DNA of 63,318 nucleotides, the filler included. It is 7 parts of 7 records of this genome, joined end to end, with 100 filler letters (N's around TTAATTAATTAA, not from the genome) between each part and the next. Parts side by side here need not be neighbours in the genome. Positions count along the whole stretch, not along the records: positions 1 to 9,464 come from SRR31156797_2955; positions 9,565 to 23,477 come from SRR31156797_2970; 5 more parts are not named here. One strand, written 5' to 3'. Within the stretch, counting starts at the first letter, position 1. Each line of letters begins with the position of its first letter. The translations under genes were made by a program, and so were the position numbers. Of this stretch, positions 1 to 9,596 are shown one piece after another. Below the pieces are notes generated by a model, which worked only from the letters and a program-made list of their open reading frames with translations, was not told the DNA's origin and ran no database searches.

Positions 1-1
1 A

Positions 2-163
2 GCGGCAGGTATTTTACTGAACGTATTTGGTTAGTCCAAAAGTGCTCATTTTTCAAAGCGAGTGCAGCAGGTATCTTACTAAACGTATTTGAGTAAAAAG
101 ATAACAGGCAGATCGAAAAGTAAATTTGAATTAATCTTCTTGAGGTGCTTTTCGATCAGCCTC
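2..163. repeat. Non-coding repeat/hairpin element at the start of the window (MITE/REP-like)
   Basis: 28-bp direct repeat at 2-29 and 64-91 (25/28 identical); inverted repeat aggcagatcgaaaagta 106-122 / tgcttttcgatcagcct 146-162 (15/17). Confidence 0.5.
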
Positions 164-273
164 ATATAAATAAGCAATCATATTAAATATACCTAGAATA
201 TTTTTACTAAAGGGAAATCGAAACATTTTTCTTTATTAAAAATATTTTATAGTTTAATAGAAGGAGTTTAAAT

Positions 274-1320
274 TTGAAAAATCAAATAAAACAAGGAATT
301 ATTAATTCCTTTAAACTAAGGAAAGTCCCTGTCAGTTTTCATGTACCTTTATTAGCATCACTTTGTATTGGATTACCACTTATAATCGCACTATACTTGG
401 ATAATATTAGAGCAGGAATGACTGCATCAATGGCTGGATTAATTGTAGTTTATTTCCAACTACATGCTCCAACTGCTCAAAGAATCATTACACTACTGGC
501 ATGTTCATTTGCATTTATATTGTCATATGCTGTGGGTTTGATTTTTAGCTTTAACCACTTTATATCTGCAATTGCATTTGGGGTATTTTCGATGATCATT
601 CATTGGGCATGTTCGTATTTGAAATTAAAACCACCTAAAAGTTTCTTTTTTATTATGCTTGCTTCTATTGCAAGTTGTATCCCTTATAATATAGTAAAAA
701 TCCCTGAAAGAGTTGGTTTAATTGCTATAGGAGCAATGTTTACTGCAAGTTTGTCATTTATCTATAGTTTAATCGTCAATAAAAAAACAGATCAAAAAAG
801 CTCTAATCAAATTTGCATAATTATTGAAAAAAATTCATACGCAGATTTAGTTGAATCTATAATTGTTGGATTATTTATGTTTGCATGTTTATACTTAGGG
901 TTTAGGCTAAAAATTACTAATCCCTATTGGATACCTGTTTCGTGTTGCGCTGTTCTACAGGGAATTAGTCGAACACATGTTTTTCAAAGAGTTTTTCAAA
1001 GAATAGCTGGGACAATAATAGGATTAATCTTATGTTGGATTATATTATTTTTTGCTAAAAATATGCTGACAGTATGTATAATGATAATGATCTTACAGTT
1101 TATTCTTGAACTTTTTATACCTAGAAACTATGCAATTGCAATAATTTTTGCAACACCATTGACTATTTTATTAGCAGAAGCTTCTGATTCGATTATAAAC
1201 AATGCCACGGCATTTATATTATTTAGATTTTCAAATATAGTTTTAGGAAGTTTGATTGGTATAATTGGAGGTTGGTTGATTTATAATGAAAAGATTCGTT
1301 ATAAGGGTAGGGGTGCATAG
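274..1320 (+). CDS. FUSC-family (YccS/YhfK-like) inner membrane protein
   Basis: TTG start after GAAGGAG; many TM segments; PYWIPVSCCAVLQG...QRIAGTIIG and RNYAIAIIFATP motifs typical of FUSC_2. Confidence 0.8.
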   Translation: MKNQIKQGIINSFKLRKVPVSFHVPLLASLCIGLPLIIALYLDNIRAGMTASMAGLIVVYFQLHAPTAQRIITLLACSFAFILSYAVGLIFSFNHFISAIAFGVFSMIIHWACSYLKLKPPKSFFFIMLASIASCIPYNIVKIPERVGLIAIGAMFTASLSFIYSLIVNKKTDQKSSNQICIIIEKNSYADLVESIIVGLFMFACLYLGFRLKITNPYWIPVSCCAVLQGISRTHVFQRVFQRIAGTIIGLILCWIILFFAKNMLTVCIMIMILQFILELFIPRNYAIAIIFATPLTILLAEASDSIINNATAFILFRFSNIVLGSLIGIIGGWLIYNEKIRYKGRGA

Positions 1321-1628
1321 TGTCAAGCTAAGAAATCTTTACTTTTTTTTAACTGAATTTCTATTTATTTTTAATGAGACTATTGAATGAATTACCTCTT
1401 GTTGAAGCGTTTATTACTTAAATTGCAGAATCAGAGCAACGATCCATTAGCAAATATCTTCTATGTTGTTGATTCATCTTTATTCCAAGAATAATTTGAT
1501 TAAATCTTGGGAATGTTTTACAATAGTTATCTAGGATCACCTTGTTTTGTGGAGAATAAAACGGAAAAAGTTTTGAATTAGGTGTAAAGAGAATACTGCT
1601 TTAAATGTAAATTAAAGGAGCTGGGCAT

Positions 1629-2168
1629 ATGTTTAAACTACAAATAGAAGAAAAAATTGAACTGAAATTATTGGAAACTCGTCATGCAGTAGAAGTTTTT
1701 GATATGATTGAGAAAAATAGAGAGTATCTGAAACAATGGCTACCGTGGTTAGATTATAATAAAGAAGTTAAGAATATAGAAAGTTTTATTGCTGGAGAAC
1801 TTGAAAAGTTTGCTAAGAATAACGGATTTTCAGTAGGAATTTGGTATGAAGGGAAATTTGCAGGTGTAATTAGTTTAATGAATGTTAGTTGGAGCAATAA
1901 ATCTGCAAGTATAGGATATTGGCTAGGTGAAGAGTTTTGCGGTAATGGAATAATAAGTAAATCTTGTAATCAAATAGTTGATTATGTTTTTAGTGAATTG
2001 AAATTATATAGAATTGAGATCAGATGTGCAGCGAAAAATTATAAAAGTCAGGCTATTCCGGAGAGATTAAATTTTCAAAGAGAAGGTTTGGTAAGAGACA
2101 GCGAATTTTTGTATGATCATTATGTTTCTCATATAATTTATGGAATGCTTGCTAAAGAGTGGAAGTAA
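1629..2168 (+). CDS. RimJ/RimL-family GNAT N-acetyltransferase (YdaF-like)
   Basis: AAGGAG RBS; NREYLKQWLPW, IGYWLGEEFCGNG and NYKSQAIPERLNF motifs. Confidence 0.9.
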   Translation: MFKLQIEEKIELKLLETRHAVEVFDMIEKNREYLKQWLPWLDYNKEVKNIESFIAGELEKFAKNNGFSVGIWYEGKFAGVISLMNVSWSNKSASIGYWLGEEFCGNGIISKSCNQIVDYVFSELKLYRIEIRCAAKNYKSQAIPERLNFQREGLVRDSEFLYDHYVSHIIYGMLAKEWK

Positions 2169-2190
2169 TTTCTGGGGGAGTTGGTCAAAA

Positions 2191-2820
2191 ATGAGAATAG
2201 GTATTATTTCTGATATTCATGGAAATTACAAAGCATTAAAAGCAGTAATAGCTGACATGAAGCGTAATCAAATGGAGTCTATAGTTGTACTTGGCGATCT
2301 TTTATTTTGGGGTGATGAGCCGCAAAAATGTTTTGATGAAATAAAAAAGCTGGAACCTATTGTTTGGATAAAAGGTAATACTGATAATTGGCTTAACTTA
2401 ATTAAAGAGGACTTTATTCCAATTTCAAAACGAGAAGAAGAGATTTTCACTGAATTCAAAAGAGTTAAAAAGCTAATGAATGATGAATCTATTACTTTTA
2501 TAAGAAATCTTAGTGAAAAAAAAGAAATTATTATAGATAATTATAAAATATTATGTGTTCATGGTTCAGATAGAAAAATTGATGAGCAGATAGGGTTAAT
2601 GACATCAAGAGATGAACTTGATAGTTTATTTGATAGATTAGATTGCGATATAATGTTATGCGGTCATACTCATGCCCCGTTTTCAGCTTCAAAAAACGGA
2701 AAAATTATATTAAATGTTGGTAGTGTTGGAATGTTAAATAAGGAAAATCAAGCTTCTTATGGCATAATTAAGCTAAAAAAAATAGATATTGAATATAAAG
2801 TAAGAAAGATTAAATATTAA
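2191..2820 (+). CDS. Metallophosphoesterase (calcineurin-like, YfcE-type)
   Basis: DIHGN, GD, GNTD, HG, GHTH and NVGSVG motifs; start moved to ATG 2191 (GGGGGAG RBS). Confidence 0.9.
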   Translation: MRIGIISDIHGNYKALKAVIADMKRNQMESIVVLGDLLFWGDEPQKCFDEIKKLEPIVWIKGNTDNWLNLIKEDFIPISKREEEIFTEFKRVKKLMNDESITFIRNLSEKKEIIIDNYKILCVHGSDRKIDEQIGLMTSRDELDSLFDRLDCDIMLCGHTHAPFSASKNGKIILNVGSVGMLNKENQASYGIIKLKKIDIEYKVRKIKY

Positions 2821-2858
2821 AAAAACTCGCGGATAAAAATTAAATCCGCGAGTTTTTT
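2819..2858. terminator. Bidirectional intrinsic terminator
   Basis: aaaaactcgcggat / atccgcgagttttt stem between convergent genes. Confidence 0.85.
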
Positions 2859-3556
2859 TAATAGATAACTCTGTTACGTCCGCTTTCTTTAGCTTCGTAT
2901 AATAGAGTATCTACTCTCTTAACTATAACATCTACATCGTCGTTTAGGTCAACTTCAACAACTCCAAAACTACAAGTGACGCTTGGTGCGTGCTCAGCTT
3001 TTGTATTCTCGATAAGCTCTCTTACTTTTTCTATTGTAATTTTAGCTGCATCAAGTTTAGTTTCCGGCATGATGATGAAGAACTCCTCTCCACCCCATCT
3101 GCCGAACACATCTGTAACTCTCAAAGCATCTTTTACAGCAGCAGAAACTGATTTTAATACAATATCTCCTACATCATGTCCATATGTATCATTGACTGAT
3201 TTGAAATGATCAATGTCAAATAGTGAGATACAAAATTTAGTTTTATATCTTTTGTGTAAATTTATATATTTCTGAATCTCTTCAACTAATTTGTGTCTGT
3301 TATAAATTTGAGTTAACTGATCTGTAACAGATAAACGTGTAACTTCTTCTATTTTTTCCTCTAGTTGTTTTGCTAATGCGGTATATTTTATTATTAACTC
3401 TTTTAAAAGCTTGGATTCAATCTCATGATCATAATCTTTTGCAAGTGTTTCAATAGAGTATTGAGAATGATAAAGAAAAAAATCAGCATTTTTTTTGTAT
3501 GTTTCAAAATGAATAGCATAATCTTTATTTTTTTTATCGAGAGATTTTTTATTCAT
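2858..3556 (-). CDS. Diguanylate cyclase (GGDEF domain) with short helical N-terminus
   Basis: TDQLTQIYNR, FDIDHFKSVNDTYGH, RVTD I-site five residues before GGEEF. Confidence 0.92.
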   Translation of the reverse strand: MNKKSLDKKNKDYAIHFETYKKNADFFLYHSQYSIETLAKDYDHEIESKLLKELIIKYTALAKQLEEKIEEVTRLSVTDQLTQIYNRHKLVEEIQKYINLHKRYKTKFCISLFDIDHFKSVNDTYGHDVGDIVLKSVSAAVKDALRVTDVFGRWGGEEFFIIMPETKLDAAKITIEKVRELIENTKAEHAPSVTCSFGVVEVDLNDDVDVIVKRVDTLLYEAKESGRNRVIY

Positions 3557-4380
3557 TATTTATCACCAAACATTTTATCAATACCGACAGTGTTTAAGCT
3601 TTTTAATTTATTAATAGTAAACTCAATATCTTTTTTCTTATAAATGATACTTCCATGTTGTGGCGCAATTGTTTTTAGATTATCAATTTTATTAACTACA
3701 TCCATAGCATAAGTCAATGCACGTGATGATGTCATGATTCTTTCATGAAAGTTTATCATTTTATCGACATGACACTCTGCTCTTCCATATTCACACTTAT
3801 TATAATCTGTACATTTTCTACAATTCTCATCTAGTTCAATAAATAGATCCCAATCCTGTCCATAACAGCCGAACAGATCACTACTAAAAAGAGTACCGGT
3901 TTTCTCATCAAAAGTAATAAAACTTCCTGCTGAATGACAGTAAGGTGTTTTGAAAAATTTCAGAGTTCTTCCTGTTTTAAATTGATATGTAAATTTCATC
4001 TCCTCGATACACTCTCTTGGTGAATCTGTTGCGTAGTACTTTATAAACACATTATTCTCTCTATGCGAAATGATTTCAAGATCATCATTATCTATAATTT
4101 TTTCAAAATGAGGAATACTACTGCAAAGATCAGGATCATAATGCTGCAGTATTAATTTATGTATCTTTGACGGATTTAATCCAGTTTGAAGGATTTTTAT
4201 CATAACGGAACTGAAATCATTTCTACTTCCACCATCAATTAAAACAGCTTCATCTCCTTCAATTATAAGATATGGATTACAATGAAGCCCGTCTTCTTCA
4301 TCAAAATATCCAACCCAAAAAATTCCGTCAGCAATCTCTACAGGTGCATTATACTCTTTACTAATTGGATTTCTAATCAC
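3556..4380 (-). CDS. Stand-alone MBL-fold di-iron protein, ODP/FprA-N-like
   Basis: CNPYLI, LIDGG, HYDPD, PYCHSAG, FSSDLFG, APQHG; no flavodoxin domain; GTG 4380 fits the GGAGG spacing; TAATG overlap with the DGC start. Confidence 0.8.
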   Translation of the reverse strand: MIRNPISKEYNAPVEIADGIFWVGYFDEEDGLHCNPYLIIEGDEAVLIDGGSRNDFSSVMIKILQTGLNPSKIHKLILQHYDPDLCSSIPHFEKIIDNDDLEIISHRENNVFIKYYATDSPRECIEEMKFTYQFKTGRTLKFFKTPYCHSAGSFITFDEKTGTLFSSDLFGCYGQDWDLFIELDENCRKCTDYNKCEYGRAECHVDKMINFHERIMTSSRALTYAMDVVNKIDNLKTIAPQHGSIIYKKKDIEFTINKLKSLNTVGIDKMFGDK

Positions 4381-4491
4381 AATAATCAACCTCCATAAAA
4401 TAATTTTACATAGTTATATTTACAATAAAAATCTTAGATTCCTTTTAGTAATATATAGCTTTTTAAGAAAAAAATAAATTTAAATTGAGAA

Positions 4492-4588
4492 TTCACAAAT
4501 TTTTCATAACTTATATTTATAATTGTCTCAAATCAAAGAGAAATAATTAAAGAGATTTCATACTTTTTTCATAACTTAATTATATAAT
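4492..4588 (+). promoter_or_regulatory. Two tandem promoter units with OmpR/PhoB-type direct repeats
   Basis: TTCACA-N5-TTCATA (4492-4508) + TATAAT (4518-4523); TTCATA-N5-TTCATA (4557-4573) + TATAAT (4583-4588); identical spacing in both units. Confidence 0.6.
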
Positions 4589-4618
4589 AGTTGTGAAAAA
4601 AAGATTAGGGGTGAGGAA

Positions 4619-5836
4619 ATGAAAAAAGAAACACTAGGATTATTGTTTTTATTATCCAGCACTGCATTTGCATCTGAACTGACACTTCAGGAAGCTTTAG
4701 ATCAAGCTGAGAAAACAAATAATTCTATAATTGAAAAAACATTAGAAAAGGAAAATGCAAGTTTGGATTTAGAAAATTCTAAAATCGATAAACTTCCAAC
4801 TTTTGATTGGAGTTCGAGCTTAGATAAAGATGACGACTCGGATTCATACAGTCATTCAGTAAGTATTAAACAAAGCTTATACAAAGGAAATGCAATAACA
4901 AATGGAATCGAGAAATCAGAATTAGAATTAGAAAAGACAGAACTTGAACGTTTGAGCGAAATCGAAGGTGTAAAACTGGAAGTAACTACTTACTACATGA
5001 ATGCATTAAAATATCAAACACAACTAGATATTTATAACACTTCATTGGAGGAGCTTAAGACACAATATGAAGAACAAAAGCTTCTATATGAGAATAAATT
5101 AATAGCAAAAAGTGAGATACTTGAACTAGAGAGTGAAATGATTGAAACAGAAAGCAGTATAATTGAAACGAATAATAATTATAAAGTTGAACTTGAGAAA
5201 CTAAAAAATGTAATTCAGCTAAATAGCAGTGAAGAACTAACATTATCAATGCCAAATCTAAGTACTGAAAGTATAAATTATACTTCTGATTTAGCCGAGA
5301 TAAAAGATACTAATTTAGATGTAAAAATTGCTGTACTTGATGAAAAAATATCAGCTGAGAATATCGAAATACAAAAAGCTGATTATTTACCGGATGTTGA
5401 TTTTAGTTTTACTTATTCATCTGCTGACGAAGAGTTAGGTCAATCTTTTGGAGAATGGGAATGGAAAGCCGGCTTAAACTTTACATATGAACTATTTGAT
5501 TGGGGAGAAACGAAAAACACTGTAAAACAATCAGAAAATAGTTATGAAATACAAAAAATAGCTCAAAAAGAAATAGCTGATCAAGCTGAGTTAGAATTAA
5601 AAACTAAATATTTCGAACTGGAAAAATATGAAAAACAAATCGAAGCACAAAAAAAGTTAGTTGAAGCTAGAGAAGAGAAGTATAAAATTGATAAAGTTAA
5701 GTTCGAAAGTAAATATATCGATTTAGCAACTTATATTGAAAGTAAAAATGATGTGACAACAAGTCAGTTAGAACTAATTAATCTTGAAACTGAATATTAT
5801 ATTGCATACAAAGAGTATATAGATATTATTAAGTAA
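4619..5836 (+). CDS. TolC-family outer membrane efflux protein
   Basis: Signal peptide (STAFA-S), LTLQEAL start, two OEP repeats (KLPTFD / YLPDVDF...LFDWG); first gene of an efflux operon. Confidence 0.85.
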   Translation: MKKETLGLLFLLSSTAFASELTLQEALDQAEKTNNSIIEKTLEKENASLDLENSKIDKLPTFDWSSSLDKDDDSDSYSHSVSIKQSLYKGNAITNGIEKSELELEKTELERLSEIEGVKLEVTTYYMNALKYQTQLDIYNTSLEELKTQYEEQKLLYENKLIAKSEILELESEMIETESSIIETNNNYKVELEKLKNVIQLNSSEELTLSMPNLSTESINYTSDLAEIKDTNLDVKIAVLDEKISAENIEIQKADYLPDVDFSFTYSSADEELGQSFGEWEWKAGLNFTYELFDWGETKNTVKQSENSYEIQKIAQKEIADQAELELKTKYFELEKYEKQIEAQKKLVEAREEKYKIDKVKFESKYIDLATYIESKNDVTTSQLELINLETEYYIAYKEYIDIIK

Positions 5837-5964
5837 AATTTTAGAACAAAGTCAGATTGAAGCATTCTGACTTAAAAAAGTGAGAGTGAATGGTATTTAT
5901 TTTTAAGAATCAAAGTTGCAAAGAGTCGCTGCAACTTAAAAAAATAAAAGAGGTGAAAAGGAAA

Positions 5965-7443
5965 TTGAAAAAGAAAATAGTTATATTTTTAATAATAGCT
6001 GCTTTAGGAGCAGGAGGAACAATATTCTTTACAGGTGCTGGTAAAAATAATGTTGAGAATAGTGGTATGAAAAGTGTAGTAGTTAAACCGGTAACAAAAG
6101 GAACTCTTCTTCAAACAGTAACAGCTGAGGGAGAAGTTGAAATCACAAATGAAGAGGATATATTTGTAAGTAAATCAATCAGAGTAGACGAGGTATTTTT
6201 CGAGGAAAATGATACAGTTGAAAAAGGAGAAAAACTTATTACATTTGATGCTGAGCAGAGAAATGAATTAATTAGAGAAATAGAAGCAACTGAATTAAAA
6301 ATAGAAGAAGAAAAACTTAATATTGAAGAGAATAAATTTGAAGTTAGTACTTTAAGTATTGAAAATGCCGAAAGAGATATTGAGGAACTAAACACAGAAA
6401 TTTCTAAATATGGTGAAAAAATTAGAATAGCTCAATTAGAAAAAGAAACACTTCAAAAAGAACTTGAAAATAATGTTGAAGAGTATGAAATTAATAAACA
6501 GTTATTTGAATTAGAAGGAATTTCTTTTACAGAATTAAATAGTTCGGAAGAAGCAAAAGATAGTTCGATTAAAGATATCGAAGCAAAAGAATGGGAAATT
6601 GAGGAGTACAAATTAGATTTGGCAGAATCAATGCAAAAACTTGTATTAGCTCAAAAAACTCTTGCAGATGCACAAAAAACTTATGAAGAAGACGTATTAA
6701 CTAATGCTAATAATATTAAAAGAGCGGAAATAGCAATCAGACAATATGAACTTGAAATAGAAACATATAAAGAAGACCTGGAAAAAACAGTAGAGTATGT
6801 AGTTAGTCCGGTAAGTGGAACAATTACAGAGGTTAGTGCAGAAAAGAACTTCTTAGTAGATACTAGCGAGAGTCTAATGACAATATCTGATATTAACTCT
6901 CAAGTGATTACTGCAAACATTTCAAGTTATGATATCAATGATGTTGAAATAGGACAGAAAGTAAAAATTACTTCTGATTCATTTGATGAAGGTGAATCTA
7001 TAACAGGAAAAGTTGATAAAATTTCATCTTTAGCAACTACAGAATCAGGTAGTGGTTATGAAGATATAGTTGTAGAAGTAGAGATCAGTTTTGATTCTGC
7101 AACATCTAATTTAAGACCAGGTTATAGTGTTGATTTAGAAATTGTAACTACTACAAAAGCTGATACAATTACAGTTCCGAGTTTTGCTGTAAATAAAAAT
7201 AAAGCTGGAAAAAGTTACGTAATGGTTTTAAACTCTGATAATACTGTTTCGACAAAAGTTGTTAAAACAGGGATCGAAACAACTAAGCAAATAGAAATAT
7301 TAAACCTTTCAGGCGATGAAAAAATAGTAATGAATGGTACAAATTTAACTGATGGGGAAAAAGTAACAGTTGTGGATAGAATGACAAGTAAAGTCGGAGA
7401 GAGAAAACAAGGTGGCGGCGGAGGAAACGGACCAAGACCATAA
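5965..7443 (+). CDS. Efflux periplasmic adaptor (MacA/HlyD-like) with long coiled coil
   Basis: N-terminal TM anchor, lipoyl half-motifs (VEKGEKL, VSPVSGTI), LRPGYSV; TTG 5965 after GAGGTG. Confidence 0.85.
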   Translation: MKKKIVIFLIIAALGAGGTIFFTGAGKNNVENSGMKSVVVKPVTKGTLLQTVTAEGEVEITNEEDIFVSKSIRVDEVFFEENDTVEKGEKLITFDAEQRNELIREIEATELKIEEEKLNIEENKFEVSTLSIENAERDIEELNTEISKYGEKIRIAQLEKETLQKELENNVEEYEINKQLFELEGISFTELNSSEEAKDSSIKDIEAKEWEIEEYKLDLAESMQKLVLAQKTLADAQKTYEEDVLTNANNIKRAEIAIRQYELEIETYKEDLEKTVEYVVSPVSGTITEVSAEKNFLVDTSESLMTISDINSQVITANISSYDINDVEIGQKVKITSDSFDEGESITGKVDKISSLATTESGSGYEDIVVEVEISFDSATSNLRPGYSVDLEIVTTTKADTITVPSFAVNKNKAGKSYVMVLNSDNTVSTKVVKTGIETTKQIEILNLSGDEKIVMNGTNLTDGEKVTVVDRMTSKVGERKQGGGGGNGPRP

Positions 7444-7491
7444 TTCAACTATTAAAATATAAGACTTAGTTTTTATAAAGGAGTCAAACAA

Positions 7492-8172
7492 ATGATAAAA
7501 TTAGAAAATATAAATAAAATTTATAAAACTGGTGATATAGAAGTTCATGCACTTAAAGATATTAATTTACATATTAGACAAAATGACTTCACTGCAATAA
7601 TAGGAAGTAGTGGAAGTGGTAAATCAACTATGATGAATATCTTAGGTTGTCTCGATACATCTACATCAGGAAAATTCATCCTGGATGGAATAGATATTTC
7701 AGAAGTAAAAGATAATGAGATAGCAACAGTAAGAAATAAAAAAATAGGATTTGTATTTCAATCTTTTAATTTATTACCTAAACTAACAGCACTTCAAAAT
7801 GTTGAACTGCCTATGGTATATGCAGGTGTACACGCCAAAGAAAGACATGAAAGAGCAAAAAAAGCACTTGAAAGAGTAGGGCTGGGAGATAGAGTTGACC
7901 ATAGACCAAATGAGTTAAGTGGTGGTCAGAGACAAAGAGTTGCCATTGCAAGATCACTTGTAAATGAACCTGCTATTATATTGGCAGATGAACCAACAGG
8001 TAACTTGGATAGTAAATCAGAATCAGAAATAATCCAAATATTTAGAGAGTTAAATGATGAAGGTGTAACAATTGTAATGGTAACTCATGAACCGGAAATA
8101 GCAGCGACTTGTAAAAGAGCTGTAACATTCAAAGATGGGGAAATAATAAGTGATACTTTAAATTTATTATAA
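7492..8172 (+). CDS. MacB/LolD-type ABC transporter ATP-binding protein
   Basis: GSSGSGKS, LSGGQRQRV, LADEPTGNLD, VTH. Confidence 0.95.
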   Translation: MIKLENINKIYKTGDIEVHALKDINLHIRQNDFTAIIGSSGSGKSTMMNILGCLDTSTSGKFILDGIDISEVKDNEIATVRNKKIGFVFQSFNLLPKLTALQNVELPMVYAGVHAKERHERAKKALERVGLGDRVDHRPNELSGGQRQRVAIARSLVNEPAIILADEPTGNLDSKSESEIIQIFRELNDEGVTIVMVTHEPEIAATCKRAVTFKDGEIISDTLNLL

Positions 8173-8273
8173 AAAAAGTCTTCGACTTCATTAAAAGTTA
8201 AAAACAAATCGAAACTTTTAAGAAGTCACAAGATTTATATATTCCCATATTAAATAAAATTGGAGGCAGATTT

Positions 8274-9464
8274 ATGAATACGATAGAAACACTAAAATCC
8301 GCTCTTCAAAGTCTTTTGGCTAATAAAGTTAGGTCGTTACTGACTATGCTCGGAATAATTATAGGGATATCATCTGTTATAATTATTACAATGGTTGGTA
8401 CAGGAAGTCAGAACTCTATTACAGGAGATTTAAAAGATGCGGTTGATAGAACTTCAACAATTCAGGTTCAATCTGATGATGAAGTTCTTAGAAAGATAGA
8501 TTACGTAAATGTTTCAGATTTGGAATACATCGCAAAAATGGATAATGTAGAAGGTATTTCACCATCAATGAACGGAAGAGCAAGACTTGAAATGAAAGAA
8601 ACAGGGGAATACACAAATGTTAGAATTGGTGGCTCAAATGAAAATTTTGAAATTGTAGAAAGTATCGAAATACTTTACGGAAGATCATTTACAAGTGATG
8701 AAGTAGAAAAAGGTGCAAAAGTTATACTAATTGATGATATTTATGCAATGAGAAAATTTGAGAGAATAGATGTTGCAGGTGAGTTATTAGAAGTTTCATT
8801 GAAAGATGGAAAAACGGAGAACTTTTTAATAATTGGTGTATTTGAGCACCCTATGAAGAGTTTAATGAGTACAATGGGTAGAGAGATGTATGTGCCATAT
8901 TTACCTTATACAACTTTTCAAAACTATATTTCAAATATAGAGATTAACGCAATAAAAATAATGTTTAGTGATCTTAACGAAAAAGATAGTAGTTCAGCGG
9001 AAATTGTTTCATATTTAGAAGAAGCACATGGTAAAGAAGATATTTATGAAATAAGCTTACAAAGCTCACCGGTTGATTCATTTAATGAAATTTTAACAAC
9101 AGTTTCACTGCTATTAACAGCAGTTGCTGCAATTTCACTACTTGTTGGTGGTATCGGAGTAATGAACATCATGCTGGTAACAGTAACTGAGAGAACTAAA
9201 GAGATCGGGATTAGAAAAGCTCTAGGAGCTAAGAATAAGGATATTTTGATTCAATTTCTAATAGAGGCAGCGGTACTTACTTTGACAGGAGGTTTCCTAG
9301 GAATCGGACTTGGTTATTCATCAAGTATGTTGATAGGTAATGTTATTAATATACTCCCTGTGCTTAGTACAACAATGCTAATAGTATCCGTAGCTGTATC
9401 AGGTGGAATTGGTATTGTATTTGGTACATTCCCGGCGAAAAAAGCAGCTGAGCTTAATCCTATA
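8274..9464 (+). CDS. MacB-type ABC permease (last few codons cut by contig end)
   Basis: RSLLTMLGIIIG, GGIGVMNIMLVTVTERTKEIGIRKALGA, PAKKAAELNP. Confidence 0.92.
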
Positions 9465-9564
9465 NNNNNNNNNNNNNNNNNNNNNNNNNNNNNNNNNNNN
9501 NNNNNNNNTTAATTAATTAANNNNNNNNNNNNNNNNNNNNNNNNNNNNNNNNNNNNNNNNNNNN
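9465..9564. other. Artificial contig spacer
   Basis: N44-TTAATTAATTAA-N44; stops in all six frames; composition jumps across it. Confidence 0.99.
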
Positions 9565-9596
9565 CAGGACAGCGTCCTGGTCCCGCTGAAAGCGTC

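Noticed and set aside
2..91. CRISPR array (28-bp repeat, 34-bp spacer)
   Set aside because: Only two copies with three mismatches, no typical repeat terminus, no cas genes in the segment.
5890..5964. Longer N-terminus for the adaptor, and similar upstream extensions at 2140, 12106, 12956, 22775, 31892, 46423
   Set aside because: Downstream starts have better RBS spacing or family-typical N-termini.
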